Origin: an uncultured Chloroflexia bacterium | GTDB taxonomy: Bacteria; Chloroflexota; Limnocylindria; Limnocylindrales; CSP1-4 | NCBI GenBank assembly: GCA_963757055.1 | Contig: CAVWPX010000006.1 | Span: forward strand, 361,853 to 425,852 | Direction of reading: 5' to 3' | Length of the DNA stretch: 64,000 nt | Shown: positions 1 to 9,839 of the stretch, piece after piece | How positions within the stretch are numbered: the first letter of the stretch is position 1 | Layout of the letters: the number at the start of each line of letters is the position of its first letter | Made by a program: the position numbers and the translations under genes | The notes under the pieces: model-generated | Told to the model about the DNA's origin: nothing | Database searches by the model: none | The model's input: the letters and a program-made list of their open reading frames with translations, nothing else

Positions 1-266
1 TGCCCGCCACCGACGGCGACCCGCGTCGCCGCGATCGCGCGGGTCACGAGGTTGTCGGCGGCCGGGCCGGGATCCGGACCGGTCGTATGGAGCGAATCCT
101 CGCGGCCGGCGGCGGGCGCCAGGCTCAGGCGGTCGGCCAGCGCGAGCGGCACGAAGACCGAGTGCAGGTCGTGGTAGCCGTCGGCGCGCCGCCCGAGGAC
201 GGCGAGCGTCAGGTTGAGCTTGGCCGGCGCGAGCCGGACGACCGGGGCGAGGGCGGCCGTGCTCAC
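1..266 (-). CDS. ispE: 4-diphosphocytidyl-2-C-methyl-D-erythritol kinase, 5' part (runs off the window edge)
   Basis: Manual translation from GTG at 266 gives ...[26 protein letters not shown], the IspE N-terminal motif. GTGA overlap with the rsmA stop. Confidence 0.92.
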   Translation of the reverse strand, partial: MSTAALAPVVRLAPAKLNLTLAVLGRRADGYHDLHSVFVPLALADRLSLAPAAGREDSLHTTGPDPGPAADNLVTRAIAATRVAVGGG

Positions 267-1156
267 GGGTCCTCCCGACGGCCGCGCCGGTCCGTGCCGA
301 GCGGCCCGAGCGCCTCGCGCAGCGCGATCCACTCCCCCACCGCGAGCGTCTGCGGACGCCGGTCGGGGTCGATGCCGGTCGCGGCGAGCGCCTCGGTGAC
401 GCGGGTCCCGTCGACCGGCAGCTGCCGCACCAGCACGTTGTGGAGCATCTTGCGGCGCTCGCGGAAGCTCGCCTGGACCAGCCGCCAGAGCTCGTCCTCG
501 GCCACGGGATCGAGGCGGTCGTCGAGGTCGTACGGCTCGACGACGATCACCGCGGACTCGACGGCCGGGCTCGGCTCGAACGCGCCGGGCGGGACGCGGA
601 TCGCGATGCGGACGCGGGCGTGGTACTGCACGAACACCGAGAGGTAGCTCATCTTCCCGGGCGGCGCCGCGATGCGCTCCGCGACCTCGCGCTGGACCAT
701 CAGCACCGCCCGCTCGGGTCGTGGCGGCGCGCCCAGCAGCGCGTGCAGGATCGGGCTGGTGATGTGGTACGGCAGGTTCGCGACCACGTCGTATGGCGCC
801 GGGACGAGGTGGGTCAGGTCCTGGTCGAGCGCGTCGCCCTCCACGAGGCGGAGCTGGCCGGCCTCGAGGGGCTCGGCGAACCGGTCGCGCAGGAACGCCG
901 CGAGCCCGCGGTCGAGCTCCACCGCCGTGACCGCGGCGCCCGCTTCCAGCAGCGCGCCCGTGAGCAGCCCGAGGCCCGGACCGATCTCGAGGATGCCGCG
1001 GCCGGGCGTGGGCGCCGCCTCGGCGAGGATCGCGTCCAGCACGTCGACGTCGGCGAGGAAGTTCTGCGACATCGAGTGGCGGGCGCGGAGGCCGGCCGCG
1101 CGGAGCGTGGCCCGGACCTCGGCGGCGTCCAGGCGCGGCCGGGCCGCGCCGCTCAC
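263..1156 (-). CDS. rsmA: 16S rRNA m6,2A1518/1519 dimethyltransferase (KsgA)
   Basis: Motifs [24 protein letters not shown] and [13 protein letters not shown] start at 1156 overlaps the tsaD stop. Confidence 0.95.
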   Translation of the reverse strand: MSGAARPRLDAAEVRATLRAAGLRARHSMSQNFLADVDVLDAILAEAAPTPGRGILEIGPGLGLLTGALLEAGAAVTAVELDRGLAAFLRDRFAEPLEAGQLRLVEGDALDQDLTHLVPAPYDVVANLPYHITSPILHALLGAPPRPERAVLMVQREVAERIAAPPGKMSYLSVFVQYHARVRIAIRVPPGAFEPSPAVESAVIVVEPYDLDDRLDPVAEDELWRLVQASFRERRKMLHNVLVRQLPVDGTRVTEALAATGIDPDRRPQTLAVGEWIALREALGPLGTDRRGRREDP

Positions 1157-2217
1157 CGGGTCGCCAGCTTGAGCGACGGCCGCGCGTCGAGGTCGAGGCC
1201 GGACCGGTCCCCGGCCTCGAACCGCCGGCCGCCGGCGGCGCCGATCATGGCGCCGTTGTCGGTGCAGAGCGCCGGCCGCGGCACGATGAGCGGGACGCCC
1301 ATGGCCTCGGCCTCCCCGGCGAGGCGGCCGCGCAGGACCCGGTTCGCCGCCACCCCGCCCCCGAGCACGATCGAGCGCGCGCCGAGCGCGCGGGCGGCCC
1401 GGATCGTCTTGGTCACCAGGACGTCGACGGCGGCGTCCTCGAAGCCCCAGGCCAGCTCCGCCACGACCGCGTCGGGGAGCGGCTCGTCCGGCCGGTCCGC
1501 CAGGCCCTCGTCCGCCCGCGCGGCCGCCACGATGCGACGCGCCGCGGTCTTGAGCCCCGAGAAGCTGAAGTCGTACGAGTCGCCGAGCCACGCCCGCGGG
1601 AAGACCCGGTCGCGGCTCGTCGCGAGCGCGGCCGCCCGCGAGATCGCCGGCCCGCCCGGGTAGCCGAGCCCGAGCAGCCGGCCCACCTTGTCGAAGGCCT
1701 CGCCGGCCGCGTCGTCCACGGTGGTGCCGAGGAGCCGGTAGGTCAGGTGGTCGGTCATCTCGACGAGGAAGGTGTGCCCGCCCGAGACGACGAGGGCGAC
1801 GAGCGGGAAGACCGGCTCGGGCGCGTCCGGCGCGTCGGGATCGGCCAGCCACGCCGCGTAGACGTGCCCCTCGAGGTGGTTGACGCCCACGAGCGGGCGG
1901 TCGTGGACCCACGCCAGCGCCTTCGCGAGGTTGATGCCGACGAGCAGCGAGCCCGCGAGACCCGGCCCGTAGGTGACGGCGACGGCGTCGACGTCGGTCC
2001 ACGACACGCCGGCATCCGCCCAGGCCTCGTCGAGGACCGGGATGATCCAGCGGAGATGGGCCCGCGCGGCGACCTCGGGCACGATCCCGCCCGACGCCGC
2101 GTGGAGCGCGACCTGCGACGCGACGACGTTGGCGTGGATCGTCCGGCCGCCCTCGATCAGCGCGATCCCGGTCTCGTCGCACGACAATTCGACGCTGAGG
2201 ACCAGCGGCCCGCTCAT
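1153..2217 (-). CDS. tsaD: tRNA N6-threonylcarbamoyltransferase TsaD
   Basis: Motifs [40 protein letters not shown] and TDNGAMI. ATG at 2217. Confidence 0.96.
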   Translation of the reverse strand: MSGPLVLSVELSCDETGIALIEGGRTIHANVVASQVALHAASGGIVPEVAARAHLRWIIPVLDEAWADAGVSWTDVDAVAVTYGPGLAGSLLVGINLAKALAWVHDRPLVGVNHLEGHVYAAWLADPDAPDAPEPVFPLVALVVSGGHTFLVEMTDHLTYRLLGTTVDDAAGEAFDKVGRLLGLGYPGGPAISRAAALATSRDRVFPRAWLGDSYDFSFSGLKTAARRIVAAARADEGLADRPDEPLPDAVVAELAWGFEDAAVDVLVTKTIRAARALGARSIVLGGGVAANRVLRGRLAGEAEAMGVPLIVPRPALCTDNGAMIGAAGGRRFEAGDRSGLDLDARPSLKLATR

Positions 2218-2780
2218 GCCCGCTCGCCGTCGTCCGCGGCATCGGGCCGCTCCGGGGCCGGGGAGGCGTCGAGCTCGGTGCGCAGCCGCTCGATCCGGGC
2301 CAGCTGGCCGGCGTCCGACAGCGCCTCGGTGGTCATGATCAGGGCGTCCTCGTTGTCGTCGCTGTAGTAGCGCGGCCGGAGCCCGACCGGCCGGAAGCCG
2401 TACTTCTCGTAGAGCCGCCGCGCCGGCAGGTTCGACAGGCGGACCTCGAGCGTCGCCTCGCGCGCGCCGCGGTCCACCGCCATGTCGAGGAACGCGAGGA
2501 GCAGCCGCTCCCCGATGCGCTGGCGGCGCCAGTCCGGGTGCACCGCGAACGTCGTGATGTGGGCCTCGTCGACCATCAGCCACATCCCGCCGTAGGCCAC
2601 GATCTCGCCCTCGGCGCGGGCGACGAGGTACTGGGCCATCCGGTTGGATTCGAGCTCGCTGCGGTAGGCGTTGGCCGGCCACGGCGCGTTGAAGCTGGCG
2701 CGCTCGATGGCGTGCACCAGGGGGAGGTCCTCGAGGCGCATCGGCTCGATGCGGATCCTCACGGGCGGTCGCGCGACCAT
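2214..2780 (-). CDS. rimI: Ribosomal-protein-alanine N-acetyltransferase (GNAT)
   Basis: EAHITTFAVHPDWRRQRIG, TLEVRLSN..ARRLYEKYGF, RPRYY..EDALIM; canonical position between tsaB and tsaD. Confidence 0.93.
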   Translation of the reverse strand: MVARPPVRIRIEPMRLEDLPLVHAIERASFNAPWPANAYRSELESNRMAQYLVARAEGEIVAYGGMWLMVDEAHITTFAVHPDWRRQRIGERLLLAFLDMAVDRGAREATLEVRLSNLPARRLYEKYGFRPVGLRPRYYSDDNEDALIMTTEALSDAGQLARIERLRTELDASPAPERPDAADDGERA

Positions 2781-3445
2781 TCGACCTCCCCGACGACGGC
2801 GCGGACCCCGCGCGGCAGCGTCACGTACTCCGGCACGAGCGTGGCGAGGTCGTCGACGTCGCCGCGGCCCAGCCGCTCGGCCCCCATGGCCAGCAGCGCG
2901 GCGGCCAGCCCGGCGCGGGCCGCCTCCCCGCGCTCGACGGCGTCCTGCGGCGCCCGGTCGGCGAGGTCCACGGCGACGAGCCAGGTCCCCGCTCCGAGCG
3001 TCGGATCCGTCCCGGTGGGCAGCAGCTCGGCCGGCGCGCCGTCGCGGACCAGCAGGCGCTCCGACGGGCCGGCGGGCAGGAGCAGCGCGCCGGCGTCGCC
3101 CTCGACGTCGCCGGCCGTGCGTGCCGCCGCCAGCAGCGCGGCCCCCGTCGCGATCCCGACGATGGGCCGGCCGAGGCCGTGGGCGAGCCCCTTGGCCGTC
3201 GCGATCCCGACGCGCAGCCCCGTGAACGCGCCCGGCCCGGTGCCGACGACGATCGCGGCGATCCGCGCCCGGTCCACGCCGTGCTCGCCGAGGAGCCGTT
3301 CGATGGCGGGCAGGAGCGTCTCGCCGTGGCGGTAGCCGGCCGGCCAGGAGGCCTCGGCGAGCATCGTCCCATCGGTCGCCCCGAGGGCGACCACGATCCG
3401 CGTCGTCGCGGTGTCGAGCGCGAGGATGACCGGGTCCGCGCTCAT
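2759..3445 (-). CDS. tsaB: tRNA threonylcarbamoyladenosine biosynthesis protein TsaB
   Basis: MSADPVILALDTAT and GPGAFTGLRVGIATAKGLA. ATG at 3445. Confidence 0.94.
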   Translation of the reverse strand: MSADPVILALDTATTRIVVALGATDGTMLAEASWPAGYRHGETLLPAIERLLGEHGVDRARIAAIVVGTGPGAFTGLRVGIATAKGLAHGLGRPIVGIATGAALLAAARTAGDVEGDAGALLLPAGPSERLLVRDGAPAELLPTGTDPTLGAGTWLVAVDLADRAPQDAVERGEAARAGLAAALLAMGAERLGRGDVDDLATLVPEYVTLPRGVRAVVGEVEWSRDRP

Positions 3446-3915
3446 CCGACGGCCTCGAGATAGCGCTCGTAGGCGTCGCCGCGGGCGATCAGCCGGATGG
3501 TCCGCGGCTCGTCGGCGGACCCGTCGATCATCACGTCGAGGCGTTCGGGCGGGAGCGCGTCGCCCATCCGGTCGGGCCACTCCATGACGACCACGCCGGC
3601 CGTCCAGCGGTCGTCGAGCAGGCCGCCCGCGAGCGCGTCCGCGGCATCCTCGAGCCGGTAGAGGTCCACGTGGTAGAGCGGCAGCCGGCCCTCGTACTCG
3701 GCCATCAGGATGTAGCTCGGCGAGGCGATCGTGTCGGTGACGCCGAGGCCGGCCCCGAAGGCCTTGGCCAGGTGGGTCTTGCCCGCGCCCAGGTCGCCCC
3801 ACAGGCAGACGAGGTCGCCGGCACGTGCCGCCGTCGCCAGCGAGCGGCCGAGCGCGGACGTCGCCGCGGGATCGGGGCACAGGAGCTCACGCACGAGCGA
3901 GCGGGTCACGGCCAT
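3442..3915 (-). CDS. tsaE: tRNA threonylcarbamoyladenosine biosynthesis ATPase TsaE
   Basis: Walker A GDLGAGKT, SPSY, HVDLYRL, EWPD. Confidence 0.95.
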   Translation of the reverse strand: MAVTRSLVRELLCPDPAATSALGRSLATAARAGDLVCLWGDLGAGKTHLAKAFGAGLGVTDTIASPSYILMAEYEGRLPLYHVDLYRLEDAADALAGGLLDDRWTAGVVVMEWPDRMGDALPPERLDVMIDGSADEPRTIRLIARGDAYERYLEAVG

Positions 3916-3924
3916 CGGACCGCC

Positions 3925-4940
3925 TCAGGCGAACCGTTCGAGGTCGCCGAGCGGCACCGCGACCACGCTGCCGTCGGCGAGGCGGACGCGACCCGCCTCG
4001 AGGTCGAGGCCGTCGCCGAAGTGGCGCCGGCCGGCCGCGCCCATCCAGTGGCCCTCGTGACCGCTCAGGTCGCCGCCGCGGATGCGCACGAGGTCGGGCG
4101 CCGGCATCGGAAGGTCGAGCCCGGGATGGTCGAACACGAGCATCGGCGGGTCCGCGACGATCGCGACCTCCTTGCCGGCGAGCGCGACGAGCAGGGACAT
4201 CACGGTCGCGGCCATCGGGCGCCGGGTGGCGCCCTCCATGACGAGGACCGCGTAGGACGGCAGCCGGTGGAGCGCCGCCCGCTGCCGGGCCTCGGAGGCG
4301 AGGAAGTCGCGCCGCTCCTTGCTGGCGAGCCCGGCGACGACGATGCCGCGGACGCCCATCGCCCGCGCCCGGGTCAGCGTCTCCGCATCGACCCGCGCGT
4401 CGACGACGAGGATCGAGCCGGCGAGGCCGACATCGAGGCCGCCCGGACGGAGCCCGCCATCGGGCCCGGTCGCGAGCCGGATGCGCCCGCGCGTGGAGCC
4501 GCCCGAGGGCGACGATCCCGCGGATGCCGTGACCCGCGGCGCGGATCGTGATCGACGAGCCGGGCCGGACCTCGCGCACGATGCCCGCGACCGGGGTCTC
4601 GATCGGGTCGACGATGTCGCCGGTCGCGATGCGCCAGCGGCCCTTCCACTGGAACAGGTACTCGCCGCCGACCGGGCGCGTGCCCCAGTCCGGCCGGGAC
4701 CGGCTCGCCGCCCCGCGAGGGCGGCTGCCAGCGCTCGCCCGCGATCGGGACGACGTCGACCGGGACGTTGCGGTCCTCGAGGCGGCCGTCGCGGAGCCGC
4801 TCGGCGATCGGCGCGCCGACGACGACCGATGCGCCGGACTCCACCAGCACGCGATCGCCCGGCCCGAGATGGAACACGGCGTCGACCGGGGCCTCGATGA
4901 GCCGCCGGGCCGGGACCAGGTCGAGCGAGCCGACGGTCAT
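3925..4940 (-). CDS. Conserved hypothetical protein accompanying the GlmL-like gene (frameshifted near 4690 and 4500)
   Basis: Joined frames read MTVGSLDLVPARRL..VLVESGASVVVGAPIA..ETPVAGIVREV..GIRGIVALGG..RGRIRL..AGSILVV..ARAMGVRGIVVAG..VLVMEG. ATGA overlap with the upstream stop at 4937. Confidence 0.7.
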
Positions 4941-6542
4941 CGCGGCATCGGTCCCGAGACCGCGGCCTGCCATCCGTCGAGCAGCTCGCGCCGGCGGTCG
5001 CTGCGATCGGGCAGGCGGAGCGGCACGTCGCGCAGGTCGACCATCAGCCCGGCCAGCCCGCCCGCCACCTCGATCGCGAAGTGGCGGCCGCGGACGCCGA
5101 GCCGGACACCGTCGCGGAAATGGAACTCGGCGACGGCCGTGCTCCCGGCCGGCAGGGCGACGACCTGGAGGCTCGCCCGGGTGCAGGTCGACCGCGGCGC
5201 CGCGCGACGGGGCGTGGAGCACGACGCTCCCCGCGCTGCGTCCCGAGCGCAGGCCGGCCGGCGTCACCACCGTCCCGATCGGGGCGAGCAGGTCGTCGAC
5301 CATGTCGGCGAGGACCGCACGCCGCTCGTCGGCGTCGGGGATCGAGCCCAGCGCGCCGAGGAGCCGGGCGTGGTCGATCGCGAAGGCCGTCGCCCCGGGC
5401 CGTCGGATCACGTCGTTGATGGCGAGGGCGACCGAGGCGGGCGTCATCGTCGCCCACGCGCCGCCGGCGGCGATCACGAGGTCGGGCGGCGGCCCGGCGG
5501 CGAACTCGGGCGTCGCCTCGGCGAGGCGGCCCAGGGCGGCGCGCAGGGACGCCAGGCGGAACGCCATCCCGTCGCCGGTCGCGTCGGACCACGGCGCGAT
5601 GCGCAGCTCGCGCATCCGGTCGCGGAGCCGGTGCCGGTCGGTCGACGTGGTCGCCCAGCCGAGGACGCGGTCGACCGCCGCGTCGTCGGGATCCGCGGGC
5701 ACGAGCCGCGCCTCGGGGACCATCGCGACATCCGTCGAGGGCGGCTCGCCCGGGCCGCCGGGGGCGGCTCGGGCGCGGAGGCCGCCGTCGAAGCCGATCT
5801 CGATGATCTCGATGCGTCGGTCGAGCAGCTCGGCGAGGCTCGCGGCGGCGGCCCCGATCGCGCGTCGGGCATCGTCGGCGGGGGCGGCGAGCTCGGTCAG
5901 CAGGTCGCGCAGCGGCGCCCCGGCGGCGCCCTCGCGGGCGGCCGGGGCGAGCAGGGTCTCCCCGTCGCGGGCCGTGGCGTCGCCGAAGGCCGCGACGCCG
6001 TCCGCCATGGCGCCGGCGAGGATCACGAGGCGGTCCGGCTGCCGCGCGGCGATGGCGGCCACCAGCGACGTCAGCTCCGTGATGGCGCCTCGCTCGTCGG
6101 CGCCGGGCGGGTCGCCCGCCCCGGCCAGCACCCCGTCGACGGCGGGGTCGAGCAGGAGCGCGGTCATCGCCAGCGGGTCGGTCGTCGCGGCGCTCGCGGA
6201 GACGACCCGCCAGCCGCTCCGCGCCGCCGCGGCCGTCAGCGGCGCCAGGGCGCGCTCCGACGCGGCGACGACCCCGAGGGTGCGCGGGGCCGCGGACCGC
6301 ACGCGGACCACGGGGATGGCGTCGACGTGCGCCGGATCGATGCCGAGCCTGGCCGCGAGCGCCGGGGCCGCGGCCGCGAACCGCTCGACGACCAGCGACG
6401 TGGCCGCGTCGTCGGCGACGGCGGCGGGGAGGACGACCGAACCGAGCAGGCGCCAGGCGTGCCCGACCCGACCGATGAGCGCCGCCCCGCTGGTCGCGCC
6501 CCCGCGGTCGGCTGCCAGGAACGCACGTGGATCGGTGGTCAC
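4937..6542 (-). CDS. GlmL/MutL-like (glutamate mutase L family) actin-fold protein, divergent; +1 frameshift near 5170
   Basis: N-terminal LAADRGGATSGAAL..WRLLG, internal DLVIAAGG..AIDHARLLGALG, and C-terminal GGLAGLMVDLRDVPLRLP resemble GlmL-family motifs as I recall them. Not database-checked. Confidence 0.62.
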
Positions 6543-6548
6543 CGGGCC

Positions 6549-6554
6549 ATCCTA
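6549..6554 (-). promoter_or_regulatory. Putative -10 box (TAGGAT) 6 nt before the GTG of the glmL-like gene; leaderless architecture
   Basis: TAnnnT hexamer at leaderless spacing, with no Shine-Dalgarno. Confidence 0.55.
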
Positions 6555-6582
6555 CCCGTCGAGCCGGTGACCGGCCTCGCGG

Positions 6583-6873
6583 TCAGGCGTCCCAGGTGAC
6601 TTCTTCGTCCAGCTCCTCGAGGCGGGCGATCAGCTGCTCGATGCCGTCCTCGTCGGCGAGGATCTCGTTGGCCGAGGTGAGCTCGCCGCCGAACAGGCCG
6701 CGCAGCACGGGATCGAAGAAGAGCATCGCGTTGGAGCCGAGCGACCGGTACGGCCGGCTGGCTTCGAGGAAATGGACCGCCGGGCCGGTGAGGCCGCGCA
6801 GCTGGATCTCGCGCGCGACCTGCTCGACCAGCTCGTCGCGGCCGTCGTCGGTCAGCTCGATCGGCGTGCTCAT
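6583..6873 (-). CDS. Small helical hypothetical protein (96 aa)
   Basis: MSTPIELTDDGRDELVEQVAREIQLRGLTGPAVHFLEASRPY...; strong GC3 codon bias. Confidence 0.8.
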   Translation of the reverse strand: MSTPIELTDDGRDELVEQVAREIQLRGLTGPAVHFLEASRPYRSLGSNAMLFFDPVLRGLFGGELTSANEILADEDGIEQLIARLEELDEEVTWDA

Positions 6874-6962
6874 CGGGCGGGGGCCGGCGGCAGCGGGGTC
6901 ATGCCGGGGATGGTACGGCACGCGGGCATCGGCCCGCGCAGCGGCGCGAAGGTCAGGCGCAC

Positions 6963-8208
6963 CTAGGGTCTCCGAACGGACAGGGTCCGAAGCTCCACCG
7001 CTCCGGGCGCGGCATCGTACACCCGGGGCAGGCGCCGGGCCATGGCCGTCACCACTTCCCACGAGTTCGTGGTGCGGGTCCGCGCCAGGTCCGCGGCCTC
7101 GATGCGCTCGCCGCCGTCCTCCCCGATGAGCGTGAACTCGTCGTCCGGCGTGACCGGTCCGCCGGGGACGTCGGTGACGTCCGCCATGACCGCGTCCATC
7201 GACACGTTGCCGACGAGCGGGACCCGCCGGCCGCGGACCAGCGCCTCCGCCCGGTTCGAGAGCGCCCGCGACCAGCCGTCGCCGTAGCCGAGCGGGAGCG
7301 TGGCGATCCGGCTGGGACGGGCCGTCACGAACGACGGCCCGTAGCCGATCCCCGACCCGGCCGGCAGGTCGAGGACGCGGACCGGCCGCGCGCGGAGCGA
7401 CAGGATCGGCCGCAGGGCGCGCCGTGCGGCGTCGCCGGCCGGCGTCCCGAGGATCTCGTCGGGGACCAGGCCGTAGATGGACAGGCCCGGCCGGATGCCG
7501 TCGTACGCCCCGACGTCGCCCAGCAGGATGCCGGCGCTCGCGGCCGCGTGCCGGCGCGGCAGGTCGATGCCGGCGTCGCGCAGGGCGGCCGCCGCCGCCT
7601 CGAAGCGGGCCATCTGGCGCTCGGTGCGGGGCAGGTCCTCGGGGGCCTGGAGGTGCGTCCACAGGCCGGCCAGCCGCACGCCGCGTGCCGACCCGATCGC
7701 GGCCGCGGCCGCCACCAGGTCCGCGCCGTCGAACCCGTCGCGCCCGAGCCCGCTCTCGATCTCGAGCTCGATCGCCAGGTCGGGATGGGCGCCGTCCGCG
7801 GCCGCGATCCCGTCGAGCATCCGGGCGAGGAGCACGGGATCCCCGGCACTCACCGCGACGCCGAGGTCGGCCGCGGTCGCGACGAGCCCGGCCGGGACCG
7901 GGTACAGGACGGCGATCGGCGCCTCGATGCCCGCGTCGCGCAGCTCGACGGCCTCGTCGAAGGCCGCGACGCACAGGCCGTCGACGCCGGCGTCCTGCAG
8001 CGCCCGCGCCACCGGGACGGCGCCGTGCCCGTACGCGTCGGCCTTGACGACCGGGCCGGATGGCGGTGCCGGGCGGGACCGAGGCGCGGATGGCCGCGAC
8101 GTTCGCGACCAGCGCGTCGAGGTCGATCTCCAGCCACGCGGTCCGCGGCAGCGGCGGGAGCCCTGCCGCCGAGAGCCGCGCCTCGATGGGCGGGCGCCCG
8201 CCCGTCAC
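6963..8208 (-). CDS. alr: Alanine racemase (frameshift near 8054)
   Basis: AWLEIDLDAL, PLP lysine motif VVKADAYGHG after the frame correction, IRPGLSIYG, IGYG, LGYGDG, VSMD. Confidence 0.93.
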
Positions 8209-9249
8209 TTGGGCGCGAACCCGAGCCGGCCCTTGGCGGCGCGGCGCTCCTCGGCGGCGGCCAGGCGCTTGCGGGCCAGCGCGATCCCGTCGGGCAGGTC
8301 GGACGCGAGGAGGCCGGAGTCGCCGAAGCGCTCGCGGACCTGGTCGCCGGCGAGCCCGTGCAGGTACACCCCGAGCCGGGCGGCGGCGTACGGGTCGAGG
8401 CCCTGGGCCAGCAGCGATCCGATCGTCCCGGCGAGCACGTCGCCGGTGCCGCCCGAGGCGAGGGCCGGGTTCTCGAACGGGGCGACCGCGAGCTCGCCCG
8501 TCGGGCGACGCGATCACCGTCGCCGCGCCCTTGAGCACCACGACCTGGCCCCAGGTCCGCGCGGCATCCCGGGCCGCGGCCGCGCGCGCGGCGTCGTCGT
8601 CGGCGAGGTCGCCGTCGTCGGCGGGATCGCGTCCGGCACCCGCCCGCAGCCGCGCGAACTCGCCGGCGTGCGGCGTCAGCACGGCCGGCCGCCGGCCGCC
8701 CTCCCACCAGGCGTCGATCGAGGCCAGCGAGCGGAGCGCCTCGGCATCGAGCACGATCGGGGCCTGGTCCTGCCCGCCGATGTCGATGAGCTCGCGGACG
8801 AGCTCGGCCGTGGCGAGCCCGGGCCGCAGACCCGGGCCGACGACGATCGCGTCGTGCTCGTGGTCGAGGATCCGGGCGAGCGACGGCTCCGGGTCGATCT
8901 CCTCGACGTCGTCCTCGGGGAGCGCCATCGTCGTGGCCTCCACCACCTTCGCGGCGAACAGCGGCTGGAGCGATTCGGGCACGGCGAGCGTCACGAGCCC
9001 GGCGCCGGCCCGGCCGGCGGCGCGGCAGACCAGCAGCGCGGCCCCGGCGTAGTCGAGCGACCCGGCGATCACGAGCAGCTTGCCGAACGAGCCCTTGTGC
9101 CCGCGGGCCGGCCGGGCCGGCAGCAGCGACCCGGCGATCTCGTCGTCGAGCTTGACCGCGCCCTCCGGCAGCGCCGCCGCGGCGCTCGAGGCCGGGGTGG
9201 CATCCAGCCTGGCCCGTGCCCCGAAGCCGACGGGCGCCCGCTCAGTCAT
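8205..9249 (-). CDS. nnrD: Stand-alone ADP-dependent NAD(P)H-hydrate dehydratase (frameshift near 8498)
   Basis: GHKGSFGKLLVIAGS..YAGAA, LTPHAGEF, VVLKG, GGTGDVLAG; no epimerase domain. Confidence 0.92.
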
Positions 9250-9835
9250 CGGCCGCCTCCCCCACCGCGGCCGGGGGCGCGTCGCTGGCCAGGGCCGCCG
9301 CGCCGCCGGCCTCCGCGACGTCGCGCAGCCGCTCGATGCGGGCGAGGATCCGCCGCTCGCGGTCGTCCAGCCGCTCCTCGATGTCCGGCGGGAAGAGGAA
9401 CCGGCCGCCGGTGGTCCGGATGCCGTAGGCGATCGCGACCGCGTAGTCGGACTCGTGGCTGATCGAGACCGCGATCCGGCCCATCCCGAGCTGCTCGGCA
9501 CGGGCCGCGGCACGACCGTGGAGGCGGATCGACGGCTGGCCGGTCGGCAGCCGCTCGACCTCGATGTCGCGCCAGCCGATGCCGCGGACGCCGAGGCCCA
9601 GGACCTTGGACACGGCCTCCTTGGCCGCCCAGCGCCCGGCCATCGTCTCCGGCCGGTCGCGGACGTAGCGCTGCTCGGCGGGCGTCAGGACCCGGTTCGA
9701 GAACCGCGCGCCGAACTTCGCGAGCGTCTCGCGGATGCGGTCGACCTTGATGATGTCGATGCCCAGCTCCGTGGTGCCGGGCGGGACGGCGATCCCGGGT
9801 GCCGCGAACGCGTCGGTCGGGTCGCCAGGCGGCAT
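9242..9835 (-). CDS. acpS: Holo-[acyl-carrier-protein] synthase with C-terminal extension
   Basis: LGIDII, AGRWAAKEAVSK, WRDIEV, VSISH. Confidence 0.93.
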   Translation of the reverse strand: MPPGDPTDAFAAPGIAVPPGTTELGIDIIKVDRIRETLAKFGARFSNRVLTPAEQRYVRDRPETMAGRWAAKEAVSKVLGLGVRGIGWRDIEVERLPTGQPSIRLHGRAAARAEQLGMGRIAVSISHESDYAVAIAYGIRTTGGRFLFPPDIEERLDDRERRILARIERLRDVAEAGGAAALASDAPPAAVGEAADD

Positions 9836-9839
9836 GCGC

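Noticed and set aside
2180-2192. TsaD motif ELSCDET in place of E(S/T)SCDET
   Set aside because: The Leu codon TTG is rare here and one substitution from TCG (Ser), so a base-call error is likely.
4374-6542. 722 aa fusion of the GlmL-like protein with its downstream partner
   Set aside because: It arises from the +1 slip near 5170. The corrected frame stops at 4937-4939, overlapping the partner ATG.
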